64,000 bases of DNA from Gemmatimonadota bacterium (GCA_009841115.1 VXML01000109.1:38911-102910); one strand, 5' to 3'; shown: positions 36,297-46,100, counted from the stretch's first letter. Notes: generated from the letters alone by a model not told the origin. A program made the numbers and translations.

Positions 36297-36470
36297 TTAC
36301 AAATTGGAGACGCCACAAACCTCGACGGACAGACAGCCTTCGACGGCCTCGTAGAGGTTGGTCAGCAACTCTTCAAAGGATTCCCCTTGCGTCGCGCATC
36401 CGGGGATAGAGGGTACTTCCGCCCAATATCCACCTTCTTCCGCTTTATGGATCACAACTTTCAGTTTCAT
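36297..36470 (-). CDS. Orphan HicB-like (UPF0150) protein, 57 aa; not in the ORF track
   Basis: My translation: [57 protein letters not shown]. The E/D-G-G-Y-x-A-x-V-P-x-x-P-G-C pattern is the HicB N-domain signature. Its ATG overlaps the stop of the upstream gene (ATGA). Confidence 0.7.
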   Translation of the reverse strand: MKLKVVIHKAEEGGYWAEVPSIPGCATQGESFEELLTNLYEAVEGCLSVEVCGVSNL

Positions 36471-36640
36471 GGCTTCCTCACTTTTCTCGGGCGTTTAGGC
36501 GGCAAAGAAACCACTCTTCTTTTGCCCAGCCTCTGCTTCTCTTGTAAGTCTCGACAAATCGCATCTAGGTCATAATTGAATCTCTTAGCATACGCATCGC
36601 GTGCTTTACGAACTTCTTCGACGATTGGGTCTGGTTGCAT
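36467..36640 (-). CDS. Small basic protein (DPIVxEVRxxRD family), copy 1, 57 aa; not in the ORF track
   Basis: My translation: [57 protein letters not shown]. It starts 4 nt after the HepT stop. 18 of the first 36 residues are identical to the 32794-32997 product by hand alignment. Confidence 0.65.
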   Translation of the reverse strand: MQPDPIVEEVRKARDAYAKRFNYDLDAICRDLQEKQRLGKRRVVSLPPKRPRKVRKP

Positions 36641-36644
36641 GATT

Positions 36645-37016
36645 TTACTCGGGGTCCTTGTTGGTCGTATTCAGCAGGTTTCTCAATTCGGGCAGCAGTT
36701 TCGGAATCGCGTCTTGAATAATTGTCCAGATGATATTGTTACTGATGCTCAGATAGCTGTGAGCCAAGCGGTTGCGCGCCCCCACAATCGCATGCCAAGG
36801 AATGTCTGGGTACGCCTCACGCACCTCGCTTGGGATATGGGTTGCTGCCTCGCCGATCAATTCCAGATTGCGCAGGGTGGCGTCATAGGTGAGTTCATCG
36901 GCGATGAACGCATCTTGGTCCAAGCCCTCGGTATAGGACAGCACCTTTTCACTGAATTCGATCATATCCTGAATGTAGAAACGCCATTCTCGCGCTCCTT
37001 GCTCAGCATTAGACAT
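36645..37016 (-). CDS. hepT: HepT (DUF86, HEPN-domain) toxin
   Basis: The R-x4-H-x-Y motif is present as RNRLAHSY. It overlaps the upstream MNT gene by 8 nt. Confidence 0.85.
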   Translation of the reverse strand: MSNAEQGAREWRFYIQDMIEFSEKVLSYTEGLDQDAFIADELTYDATLRNLELIGEAATHIPSEVREAYPDIPWHAIVGARNRLAHSYLSISNNIIWTIIQDAIPKLLPELRNLLNTTNKDPE

Positions 37017-37299
37017 TGATCACCTCCCGCTCCACGTAGGGGCGTATCTCGACGCGCAGATCTTGGTTGGTTGCCAAGTCCACCGGTCGCCCTAGTAGGT
37101 CTTCCAAATAGCCTTGAGCGCCGAAATAGCGTTGCCAATTGGGGGGCACGTCGAACCGCACTAGGACGTCGACATCACTGTCGTCCGTAGCTTGGTCGCG
37201 GGCGAAGGAACCGAAAAGGGCAAGTTCAGTAACGCCAAAGCGTTGTGCAAGGGTCGCCTTGTGCGCTCGGAGCACGTTTAGGACTTCATCTCTGTTCAT
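37009..37299 (-). CDS. mntA: MNT-type nucleotidyltransferase antitoxin
   Basis: LFGSFARDQATDDSDVDVLVRF is the minimal nucleotidyltransferase G-S-x(n)-D-x-D motif. Confidence 0.85.
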   Translation of the reverse strand: MNRDEVLNVLRAHKATLAQRFGVTELALFGSFARDQATDDSDVDVLVRFDVPPNWQRYFGAQGYLEDLLGRPVDLATNQDLRVEIRPYVEREVINV

Positions 37300-37306
37300 T
37301 TCTCCC

Positions 37307-37501
37307 TTATTTCCTTTTAATCGGTTCTACTCCGAGATCCCGGCAGATCTTTCTCGCCAACAAATCGTCGATTTCTCTGTGTCGTGGAATTGCAGAACGC
37401 CGATCACCTCGCTCATTGCGCCACCATGAGTGCCGTCTGCCTTCACGGATCATTTCGCATCTCTGTCGCCGAAGGTACTTCAGCAGTTCAACCCGCTTCA
37501 T
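37307..37501 (-). CDS. hicA: HicA-family toxin (mRNA interferase-like)
   Basis: MKRVELLKYLRRQRCEMIREGRRHSWWRN...RRSAIPRHREIDDLLARKICRDLGV is HicA/YcfA-like. It overlaps hicB by 4 nt. Confidence 0.8.
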   Translation of the reverse strand: MKRVELLKYLRRQRCEMIREGRRHSWWRNERGDRRSAIPRHREIDDLLARKICRDLGVEPIKRK

Positions 37502-37707
37502 TCAATGATGACCTTTTCCTCCTGATAGTCGTCGCCCGCAGCCGCTAGCGCATCGCGCCGGTTGAATTCCAGTGCCTCTAAAAGCGTTTCCACAAGGCTT
37601 TGCTGCAATTTCTCATGTGTACGCTCCTGACAATTCACGCCGGGAACTTCCTCGATCCAACCAATCCACCATTCGCCACTGCGTTTCACAACGGCTGTAT
37701 ATTCCAT
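37498..37707 (-). CDS. hicB: HicB-family antitoxin (short form)
   Basis: MEYTAVVKRSGEWWIGWIEEVPGVNCQERTHEKLQQSLVETLLEAL is the UPF0150/HicB N-domain pattern. Confidence 0.8.
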   Translation of the reverse strand: MEYTAVVKRSGEWWIGWIEEVPGVNCQERTHEKLQQSLVETLLEALEFNRRDALAAAGDDYQEEKVIIE

Positions 37708-37769
37708 GTTCGTTCCTTTCTCGATTGTGAGTTGGATGCCCCAAATATAACCGCCATTACAGTATCTGC

Positions 37770-40700
37770 CTAGGCCCGAAACCCCTCAACCAACCGATTA
37801 AACGCGGCGTCCATCCCGTACACATCAGTGAACTCGGCAAAAGCCCAGCGCCCGTAATCCCCGTGATTATTCACGCCAGGCACCCAATAGGTGTCCATGG
37901 TCGTCTTCTTGTCCTTGGCGTCTTCCCCCCGATAGCCCTTGATCTCGACGATCAAATTCAGCAGATCGTCGTCGCCACGACCATCATCAACGAGGACGAT
38001 AAAGTCCGGCAGGTACGTCCGCATTTCCGACCCACGACGATAGGGTACCTCCAAGCCGAGATTGTGGTTCTTGACATAGGCTTTGACGTGCGGATGGGAT
38101 TCAGCTACGCGGCAAAACTCGCCTTCCCAGTCGCTGTCGAGGACGAGCCAATTGATGTGACAACGGCGGGGATCAGCCTGCCAGCGGCTAGTCTTGGTCG
38201 TGTTGAAATTCACGTGGGCTGTCGAACCGACGGGATTGTACGGATCGAGCACCGCTTTGACTGGACGACGGTCGATTCCTTCGCGCGTGATGGCGGCAAA
38301 GATGCGCTCGCAGGCCGTGTCGGCCAGTTCCTGGTACATAAGTTGGGCGGGAAAGGTATCGCCCTTGCAGTCGAGGTAGCCATCGAGCCACTGTCTGGCG
38401 ATGCGCTTGAGCTGACCGAAGAGATAGAGCTTAGGTTCTTCGCCCGGATCGCGGAACTTGGTGTAGAGCAGACGCTGAGTTAGATGAAATAGGAGAGTCG
38501 AGGTACGCAGATCGTTAGTGTGAACCAAATTGAGATCGACGCCCTCGCCGATAATGCCTTGATTCCTTGTCCTCGACGGACCAACCAGTTCAGGCGTCAG
38601 TTCCAACATTGAGTCCCTGTTAAACTCGGCCTTGAGCCGCTCTTCCGGCAATTCCACCCGATACCCAGCTACCCGAGGAAAACAAATCTCCAGCGCATCG
38701 CGTTCGGGCCGCACGGCTCGCACCTGAACGGTCTCTCGCGGCTGCTTCGGCGGAGCCACAACGGGCTTAGCCGTAAAGTCGAACGGAATGCCCAAGACAT
38801 CCGCGTACTCGACATCGAACAAGCCGTCTTCGTTGAGATCGTAAGACTGCCGTCGCAACGCCCGGCCAATAACCTGCTCGCAAAGCAACTGCGTCCCAAA
38901 GGCACGCACGCCTAGCACATGGCTGACAGTATTCGCATCCCACCCTTCCGTAAGCATCGACACCGACACCACGCAGCGAATCGAATCCCCCAGCCGCCCC
39001 GGCTTGCCGACAGTATTCATAACCTCGCGGAGCAACTCTTGGTCGCTGATGTTCTCGGCCTGATGGAGGTCACCAGTGCGCTCGATAATCTCTCGCCGAA
39101 AGTGATCAATCTCGTCGGCAGCCATTTTGCGGAAGTTCCTATCGAGCGCGTCGCCAGATTCCAATTGTTCGCTGTCGATCAACAGCGTACGAGGCCGTGG
39201 GTACTGATTGCCCTGCTCGTCAAAATTGCGAAACAGTTCCAAGCGCCCGTTTACCAGCGTCGTCGAGCCATCGTCGTTCTCGCGGTGAAAGCCGGAGATA
39301 TAGTCGTACACCAGCTTGGAGGTCGAGGTATTATTGCAGACCACGATGAAGCACGGCGGGACGACAATGCCCTCTTTCTCCATCAACTCAAAAGTTTTCT
39401 GATAATGTCCGTACAGGGCGTCCAGCGCGGTCTGTAGCTGTATAGGCAGACTGAGGGGATCGAGGGTCTTAGCCTTACCCCGCCCCTTCTTCGGCATGTC
39501 CGTGCGGATGTGTTCCCAGAGATTGCGGAACTTGGGCATGTCGCCGCCAGGAATGTTGTCGGCCACTGGCACGCGAGGCAATTTGACGATGCCGCATTCA
39601 ATGGCGTCCATGAGCGAGAAGTCGCACATCGTCCAAGGAAATAACGTGCCTTCGGCATAGCCCGACCCGCGCAAAAAGAAGGGCGTCGCTGAAAGATCCA
39701 TCACTCGGTTGATGCCCAATTTGTCGCCGACGATTTCCAACCCCGAAATCCACAGCCGCGCCGCCTCCGTGTTCTTTTCCGCTTCCCTTCTGTCATCTCC
39801 CTTGAACTCGTCTTCCTCCCCCTCGCCCGGCTTTTCTCGATAGCAGTGGTGCGCCTCGTCGTTGAGGATCAAGACGTTCTTCATACCCATGAGCTCGGGC
39901 ATCACCCGCTGCAGCATTTGCCCCTCGGTCTCCAAGGTCGTCAGCGTCTCGCCCCGTCCCTGCAACAAGGAGCGACCACCCTTGGAAAGCTCCATGCGTT
40001 CGCGCAACTTGAAGGCGTGGTAGTTGGTGATGACGATCTTGGCCTTTTCCAAGTCGGGCAGCATGTCGTTCGGAACCAACTCGCGGCTTTGATAGTAACT
40101 GTCCGGGTCGTTCGGTTGCAGCACGCGCAAACGGTCCTTGATAGTGATGCCGGGCGTGACCACCAAAAAACCGCGCGTGAAGCGGCGGCTCTGGGGCCGA
40201 CGCACCGAGTTGACGGTCTGCCAAGCAATCAACATCGCCATGACCGTGGTCTTGCCGGTGCCGGTCGCCAACTTGAGCGCCAACCGTGGCAGAGGCAGGT
40301 CTGGATTAGCGTTGTTGTTGGCGCTCTCCAGATGGTCGAGAAAGTCCCTACCAGATCGCGTGTTAGATGCAACTTCGGTAAGCCAGATAGCAGTCTCCAC
40401 CGCTTCGACCTGACAAAAGAAGGGGCGAGTGCCACTAAAGCGGTGGTGCCGCCAGTGCTGAAGCAGGCGCGCCGTCTCTGGGGTCACCTGCCATTGGCTC
40501 GGGTTCGGCAGACCGCGCCAGCGGTCAACCTGCTGACGAACCCCGTTGATCGTCTGCATCAATTCGTATTGCTGATTATCTGTCTCAAGCTCTCTTGCAG
40601 CCTTGTCAAACACAAAGGAGGCTTGATTCGCAGATGATCCCCTTTGCTTCTTCGATGTCGGGACCGCCGAGATGAATGAGGCCCGTCTTCGGCTTTCAAC

Positions 40701-40802
40701 GATCTGCTGCGTCGGCTGCCCAGTCTCGTCCAGTTCCCAATGCCGACTCGGGCGCTCGTAAGGCGAGTTGAGGACAGGCTGTTCAAAGAATAGATCAGTC
40801 AA
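37770..40802 (-). CDS. res: Type III-like restriction enzyme Res subunit (SF2 DEAH helicase + C-terminal PD-(D/E)xK nuclease)
   Basis: Motif I LKLATGTGKTTVMA, motif II ILNDEAHHCY, motif VI-like QVIGRALRR, and C-terminal LPDFIVLVDD...LIVEIKGY. TTG start at 40802 preceded by AAGAGGTG. Confidence 0.85.
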   Translation of the reverse strand: MTDLFFEQPVLNSPYERPSRHWELDETGQPTQQIVESRRRASFISAVPTSKKQRGSSANQASFVFDKAARELETDNQQYELMQTINGVRQQVDRWRGLPNPSQWQVTPETARLLQHWRHHRFSGTRPFFCQVEAVETAIWLTEVASNTRSGRDFLDHLESANNNANPDLPLPRLALKLATGTGKTTVMAMLIAWQTVNSVRRPQSRRFTRGFLVVTPGITIKDRLRVLQPNDPDSYYQSRELVPNDMLPDLEKAKIVITNYHAFKLRERMELSKGGRSLLQGRGETLTTLETEGQMLQRVMPELMGMKNVLILNDEAHHCYREKPGEGEEDEFKGDDRREAEKNTEAARLWISGLEIVGDKLGINRVMDLSATPFFLRGSGYAEGTLFPWTMCDFSLMDAIECGIVKLPRVPVADNIPGGDMPKFRNLWEHIRTDMPKKGRGKAKTLDPLSLPIQLQTALDALYGHYQKTFELMEKEGIVVPPCFIVVCNNTSTSKLVYDYISGFHRENDDGSTTLVNGRLELFRNFDEQGNQYPRPRTLLIDSEQLESGDALDRNFRKMAADEIDHFRREIIERTGDLHQAENISDQELLREVMNTVGKPGRLGDSIRCVVSVSMLTEGWDANTVSHVLGVRAFGTQLLCEQVIGRALRRQSYDLNEDGLFDVEYADVLGIPFDFTAKPVVAPPKQPRETVQVRAVRPERDALEICFPRVAGYRVELPEERLKAEFNRDSMLELTPELVGPSRTRNQGIIGEGVDLNLVHTNDLRTSTLLFHLTQRLLYTKFRDPGEEPKLYLFGQLKRIARQWLDGYLDCKGDTFPAQLMYQELADTACERIFAAITREGIDRRPVKAVLDPYNPVGSTAHVNFNTTKTSRWQADPRRCHINWLVLDSDWEGEFCRVAESHPHVKAYVKNHNLGLEVPYRRGSEMRTYLPDFIVLVDDGRGDDDLLNLIVEIKGYRGEDAKDKKTTMDTYWVPGVNNHGDYGRWAFAEFTDVYGMDAAFNRLVEGFRA

Positions 40803-40821
40803 AACGATACACCTCTTAGTT

Positions 40822-40905
40822 AGTGGTTAGTGATCAGTGGTTAGTGGCAAGCCCTCGCAACACCCTCGCCTATGGAACACTACTGGCCACTGATCACTAA
40901 CCACT
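40822..40905. repeat. 19-bp perfect inverted repeat with TTAGTG heptad-like sub-repeats, between the adh stop and the res start
   Basis: AGTGGTTAGTGATCAGTGG (40822-40840) is the exact reverse complement of CCACTGATCACTAACCACT (40887-40905), with a 46-nt spacer. TTAGTG occurs three times on the left and CACTAA twice on the right, and each arm has a TGATCA core. Confidence 0.8.
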
Positions 40906-40910
40906 GGCCA

Positions 40911-41945
40911 CTAACCCTGCGGCATAAACATCAGCTTAATCCCCTCTTGCCCCTCGGCCATGTCAAAAGCCCGCTGCCATTCGCTCAGGGCAAAGTGGTG
41001 GGTAATCAGCTTCTCGCTGGGAATAAAGCCCCGCTCGATCAGCCGCAGCGCCCGCTTCCAAGCCGGTCGCCGCTGCCCAATGCCGCCGGAGACCTGAAGC
41101 TCGTTGTAGGCGATCTTCTCAAAGTCGATCTCCACCGGCGCACCCGGCAGACCCATCTGGGAAAAGCGGCCCCGCTTGCGCACAAGTTCCAAGGCCAACC
41201 GCATAGCCGGTGCCACCCCCGCGCACTCGACCACTACGTCCGCACCATAGCCGCCAGTCAACTCGCGCACCCGCGCCACCGGATCGCAGGCCGTAATATC
41301 GATTGTATGTTGCACGCCCAGTTCCTCGGCCAGTTGCAGCCGCTCGGTATCCCGCTCCGTGCCGCAGAGAATCACCGTCCCCCCTTCGGCCAGCGCCACT
41401 AATGCCGAGAATAGCCCCACCGGCCCAGGCCCGGTAATGGCGACAAAGTCCCCAGCCGTCACGCCAGCCTGCTCAATGACCGAATGCACGCAGCAGGCCA
41501 ACAACTCGGTCAGGGCACCAGCTTCAAACCCCACGCCCTCGGGCAGCTTGTGGACAAAAGTCGCATTGCAGTAAGGCGCGAAGCAGCCGTGGTGCCAGTA
41601 GCCCATGACTTTGCGCTCGGGGCAGAGGTTGTAGTGCTCGCTCAAGCAGTAGTCGCAGTCGCCGCAGATGTACACGCTCGGCTCGCCCGTCACGCGGTCG
41701 CCCACCTCGACGTGGTCGCCGACCTCCGCGCCCTTTTCCACCACCACGCCGCTGAACTCGTGTCCCATGACGACCGGCGTCTGGATGTTGTAGTTGATGG
41801 TATCGCGGTACACGTGCAGATCCGATCCGCAAATCCCAGTGGCCTGCACCTCGACTTTCACCTGATTGGGGCCGGGCGGCGCATCCGCTAAGTCGCGCAG
41901 CTCGACAAATCCGTCACCGCGCTGGTATTTGACCACTCCCTGCAT
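40911..41945 (-). CDS. Zinc-dependent medium-chain alcohol/polyol dehydrogenase
   Basis: GICGSDLHVY, GHEFSGVV, the structural-zinc cysteines CGDCDYC, and the Rossmann motif GPGPVGL. Confidence 0.85.
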   Translation of the reverse strand: MQGVVKYQRGDGFVELRDLADAPPGPNQVKVEVQATGICGSDLHVYRDTINYNIQTPVVMGHEFSGVVVEKGAEVGDHVEVGDRVTGEPSVYICGDCDYCLSEHYNLCPERKVMGYWHHGCFAPYCNATFVHKLPEGVGFEAGALTELLACCVHSVIEQAGVTAGDFVAITGPGPVGLFSALVALAEGGTVILCGTERDTERLQLAEELGVQHTIDITACDPVARVRELTGGYGADVVVECAGVAPAMRLALELVRKRGRFSQMGLPGAPVEIDFEKIAYNELQVSGGIGQRRPAWKRALRLIERGFIPSEKLITHHFALSEWQRAFDMAEGQEGIKLMFMPQG

Positions 41946-41947
41946 TG

Positions 41948-42958
41948 CTATTCTCCTTCGGCTAATTTGAGCCGGTCACCCGCCTTGATCTCCCCGGTGG
42001 TGCGGATCACGCGCAAGCTGGCGAGTCGGGTGCTGATGATTTCAGCGACTTCGACGAGGGCGACAGACTCTTCAGGGTCTAGCCCCTCGGCCTTGATCCG
42101 CTCGTCGCCGGGATAGACGAAAAAGCGCAAGCGCGGCCGCACGCCGTGTTCGCTGCCGATATTGGCGTAGATGTCCTCGCTGTACACGGCAATGACCTCG
42201 GGCGCGTCGCCCTTGAACACCAAGCCCTCCGGCTCGAAAGCAGCAACCACCTTGTGCACCAACTCACCCACGGCTTCTACCGTCGCCTGACCCAACAAGG
42301 TTTGGCGGAACTCCTCCGAGCCAAACTCTAGCTCCTTCAATCCGGCAAATTGCAAGTCCTGCTCGCGCGGCTTGCCCAACAAGTCGAGCCCCACATCGCG
42401 GTCGGTGAGTTCGCGGAGTGCCTCAGTCTTACCGATCGCGCTGCCGTCGTCAATCCGCGCGATCTCGACGCTCATCTGCGCCACCGCCGAATAGGACTTG
42501 TACCCTCCCACCAAGGGATCCCCCACCGACAGGCGGCGCATATCGTAGTCTTGCAACAGGCCCATAATAACGAAGTCCGCCCCCAACTTGCGGCCAATCG
42601 CGAGGGCCTGCTCGTGGCTGGCAAACCCCTGTTCCATAGCCAACTCGGCAACCGCGTCAAAAGGGACGACCTTCCAATTGCGCACGACCACCAGTTCCGC
42701 GCTGAGCATGTTAGCCAACTCGTATTCGACGTTCCACACGCCCTCGCGAAACCCCGACTCATCGACAAACGGCACCACGGCCACAAAGTCGGGCCGCGGG
42801 CCAGAACCATAGCGCTGGCGCATCTCCAAATACTGCTCTAACGCACTCGGCGGTGGCGGCGGCGGCTCGGATTTCTGCCATTCATCCGGGCCTCCCTCGG
42901 GAGAGGTCAGAGGGGCGCAACTACACCAAAAAAGGAATGCAACAGTCCATTTTTTCAT
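41948..42958 (-). CDS. Putative periplasmic/outer-membrane lipoprotein (CsgG/LpoB-like; weak call)
   Basis: The ATG at 42958 gives MKKWTVAFLFWCSCAP (signal/lipobox-like). FVAVVPFVDESGF... resembles the CsgG/LpoB-type N-domain. Function is uncertain. Confidence 0.5.
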   Translation of the reverse strand: MKKWTVAFLFWCSCAPLTSPEGGPDEWQKSEPPPPPPSALEQYLEMRQRYGSGPRPDFVAVVPFVDESGFREGVWNVEYELANMLSAELVVVRNWKVVPFDAVAELAMEQGFASHEQALAIGRKLGADFVIMGLLQDYDMRRLSVGDPLVGGYKSYSAVAQMSVEIARIDDGSAIGKTEALRELTDRDVGLDLLGKPREQDLQFAGLKELEFGSEEFRQTLLGQATVEAVGELVHKVVAAFEPEGLVFKGDAPEVIAVYSEDIYANIGSEHGVRPRLRFFVYPGDERIKAEGLDPEESVALVEVAEIISTRLASLRVIRTTGEIKAGDRLKLAEGE

Positions 42959-43116
42959 CGCGAATTCCACCCAGAAAAAGTGTGGTCCTACCACGCGGCA
43001 TAAAAAGCGACCTGCCCGGTTTTATGTCAACGCAGAGCGGCGCGCACCTTGACAGTGTTTTCCCTCGGCGATACGTTGCCAACGCACCCCTCCACGCCAC
43101 TTCCAACTTGCTGCTC

Positions 43117-46100
43117 ATGGGCGAACTAACCCTCATCTACGGCCCAGCCCATCCCGACAAGATATCGCCCGCGTACGAGCGCTGCTTGACCCACCTCGAC
43201 GCCGGCGACGGCGAGTCCTTTCTCTGGCTCTTCCCAACGCATTTCCAAGCCCAACTCATGCGGCGGCAACTCCTCCGCGCCAGCCGCACCAGCCTGCTTA
43301 CCGGGCACCTGGCCCTCGATCTAAATAGTTTTACCGACATCCTCTACAGCCTCTGTCCTAGTCAGCGACCAGCCCTGCCCCTCAGCGCGCAGCGGCTCTT
43401 AGTCGAAGATGCCCTTGCGGCCAGCGCGGCCAATGCGCCCTATTACAGCCGCCAACCCGAGCGGCTGAGCCGAGGACTAACTCAGTTGTTCCGCCGGTTG
43501 GAGGAGACCGGCACCCAGCCGAGCGACCTAGGCGGAACAACCCAGCGCAGCGCGGAATTACAAGTCCTTTATGCGGCCTACTTAGAACGTCTCGCAGATG
43601 GCTGGAGCGGAAGCCGCGAGCGCTTTGCCACCGTAGATGCCCACCTCGACCGCTCGACGCTCGCACAGCGCTTCCCCGACCTCGACCTGCTAGTGCTCTG
43701 CGGCTTTGTAGAAATGCCCGCGCCCTTTTTGCCCGTGCTGGACAAGCTACTATCCCTCGTTCCAGAATCCATCGCGCTGCTCGACTACGACCCCGAAGGT
43801 CCTAGTTTTTTCGCCCGCACACGACCCCTGTACGAATTCCTCCACGCCCGCGCCATCCGCGTCGAACACAGCGCCGCCGGCCAACACCCAGCCGCCGCGT
43901 TTGCCGGTCGTCTCTTCACCCACAGTCGCGCTAGTCTCGACGCGCCCGTAGAGCGAGTCGCCTGCCCGGACCGAGTCGGCGAAGTAACGGCCATGGCCCG
44001 CCGCATCCGCCAATTGCATCAAGAGCAAGGGGTCGAGCTAGCGCAGATCCGCATTGGCTTCCGCAACCTCGACACCTATGCCGAACTCGTAGCCGAAGTG
44101 CTGCCGCGCCACGGTCTGCCTTTTTACCTCGCGCGCGGACGGCCCCTTGCCACAGCACCCGCCATGAACACCGTCTTCGCGCTCATCGACGCGGTGCTAG
44201 AGCGCTATAGCCGCGCCGCGCTCTTCCGCCTGCTCAGCTTACCCTTGGTGCGGCTGCGTTATTCATTATCAGACCAAACCTGCACGCTTGCCGCCGAGGA
44301 CTTCGCTGCGTGGACCCGCAACGTTGTGTCATCGACCGGCCGCGACACATGGCTCGCAGCCATCGAAGACACCTTCGCCTACTTAGAGAGCGAACTAGGC
44401 CGAGAAGGCGAGCCGTTCTCCGAAGACATCGACGATTTCCCCACTCGGCGCGAGGACCAACGCGCCGAATTGGAGGATCTCCAGCCCCTACGAGCCAGCC
44501 TAACCGCACTCTTTGACCTACTCCAGCCCTTGGAGAGCCGCCAGGACCTGCCCTCTTTCCGCCAGCATTTACTCCACGCCCTCAGCGCGTTGGGCGTAGA
44601 GGATGCGCTCGTGGAGGGAACGGCAGAAGACGGCCGAGCACTAGCGCGCTTTTTGGACCTGCTCGACGAATTGTGCGCACCAGCCGCCGCCCTCCAGCCC
44701 CGTACCCTAAGCCAGTTCGCCGACCTGCTGCGCGACGCCATCTCCCAAGCGCACGTCTCCGCTGCAACGCGCGCTGGCATTCAAGTGACCGACCTCGCCG
44801 CAGTGGGCAGCGCACCTTGCGATTACCTCTTCATCGGCGGGCTAGTGCAGGGCGAATTCCCCCGCTTGCCGCCAGCCGATATTTTCCTCGAAGAAACCCA
44901 GCGCCGCGCCCTGAACTTGGACGAAGATTCCACTACTGCGTCGGAGCGCTTGCTGTTCTACCGCGCCATCTGCGCACCGCGCCGCGGCCTCAGTCTCTTT
45001 CATCCCCAACAGTCGGGCAGCGAGACGCTAGCCCCTTCGCCCTTTGTCGCCGAGTTAGACGGCCTGCTCTCCCCGCAGCCTGAGACGGAAGAGTCCAACG
45101 GCACACCGGGCACCCTCGCCGAGTTGCACCTCGCATTGGGCCGCGGCCTGTGCACAGCACGTGCCTCCGACTCAGCACGCGATGCCCTCGCACTCTATAG
45201 CCAAGCCGCCCAGCTCGACGGTCACGCCACCGCGCTGCGCCACCTCATACGTGGCTTGCACCTCGCCGAGTTGCGCACCATCCCCGGAAGTCTCGGCAAC
45301 CACGAAGGCGTACTCGACGAAGCCCCGCTACTCGACGCACTGCGCACCCGCCTCGGTACCGGCCATTCTTTCTCCGCGACCCAACTGGAGCTGTACGGTC
45401 GCTGTCCCTTCCGGTTTTTTGCTCAAGAGCTGCTCAACCTCCAGCCCCTCCGCAACCCGGAAGACGACGACTCAGCGCTCAAGCGCGGCAACCTCGTCCA
45501 CCGCATCCTCCATCGTTTCTATGCGGCCCACGGCGAGGCAGCCGAACGCGCGGAAAACTTGGCGACAAACATTGCAGACCTGCGCCGCCAAGGTCGCCAA
45601 ACCGCCGACGAAATGGGGCTTACGGGCTTTTTCTGGGATCGGGAATTAGAGCACCTGCTCGGCTCCGACGACGAGGAACGCGAGGGCGTCTTACCACGCT
45701 TCCTCCGCCTGCAAGCAGCCGCGGCTAACCCAGCCATACCGACCCATTTCGAGCTGAGCTTTGGCAGCTACCCCGGTATGGGAGAGCGCGACCAGCAATC
45801 GACCACCACTCCCTATGCCATCGACGACCCAGAGACCGGGAGCGAGGTGCGGATCGCCGGTAAGATCGACCGCATCGACCGCACGGCCGATGGCAGCTTC
45901 GTCGTCTTCGACTACAAGACTGGCCGCATGCCATCTGTAGCCGATATTGACACTGGCCTCAACCTCCAGCTTCCGCTCTATTTGCTAGCGGCTGAATCCC
46001 TATTCGGGGAACTTGGGCTACGCGAAGGGGCTGGAGCAGCGTATCTAATGCTCCGCGACCTAGAGGACTGCGGCCGCAGCGGGCTGTTCGCCGATGCCAC

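Noticed and set aside
32271-40802. Calling the defence block an integrative mobile element or genomic island with defined ends
   Set aside because: I found no integrase, transposase or recombinase gene, no flanking tRNA, and no direct repeats at the two borders. Only the one-sided inverted repeat at 40822-40905 is present. The block is accessory in character, but mobility cannot be supported from this window.
42853-43116. N-terminal 88-codon extension of the AddB-like ORF
   Set aside because: It overlaps the divergent lipoprotein gene start and its promoter region. The ATG at 43117 begins a plausible N-terminus (MGELTLIYGP).
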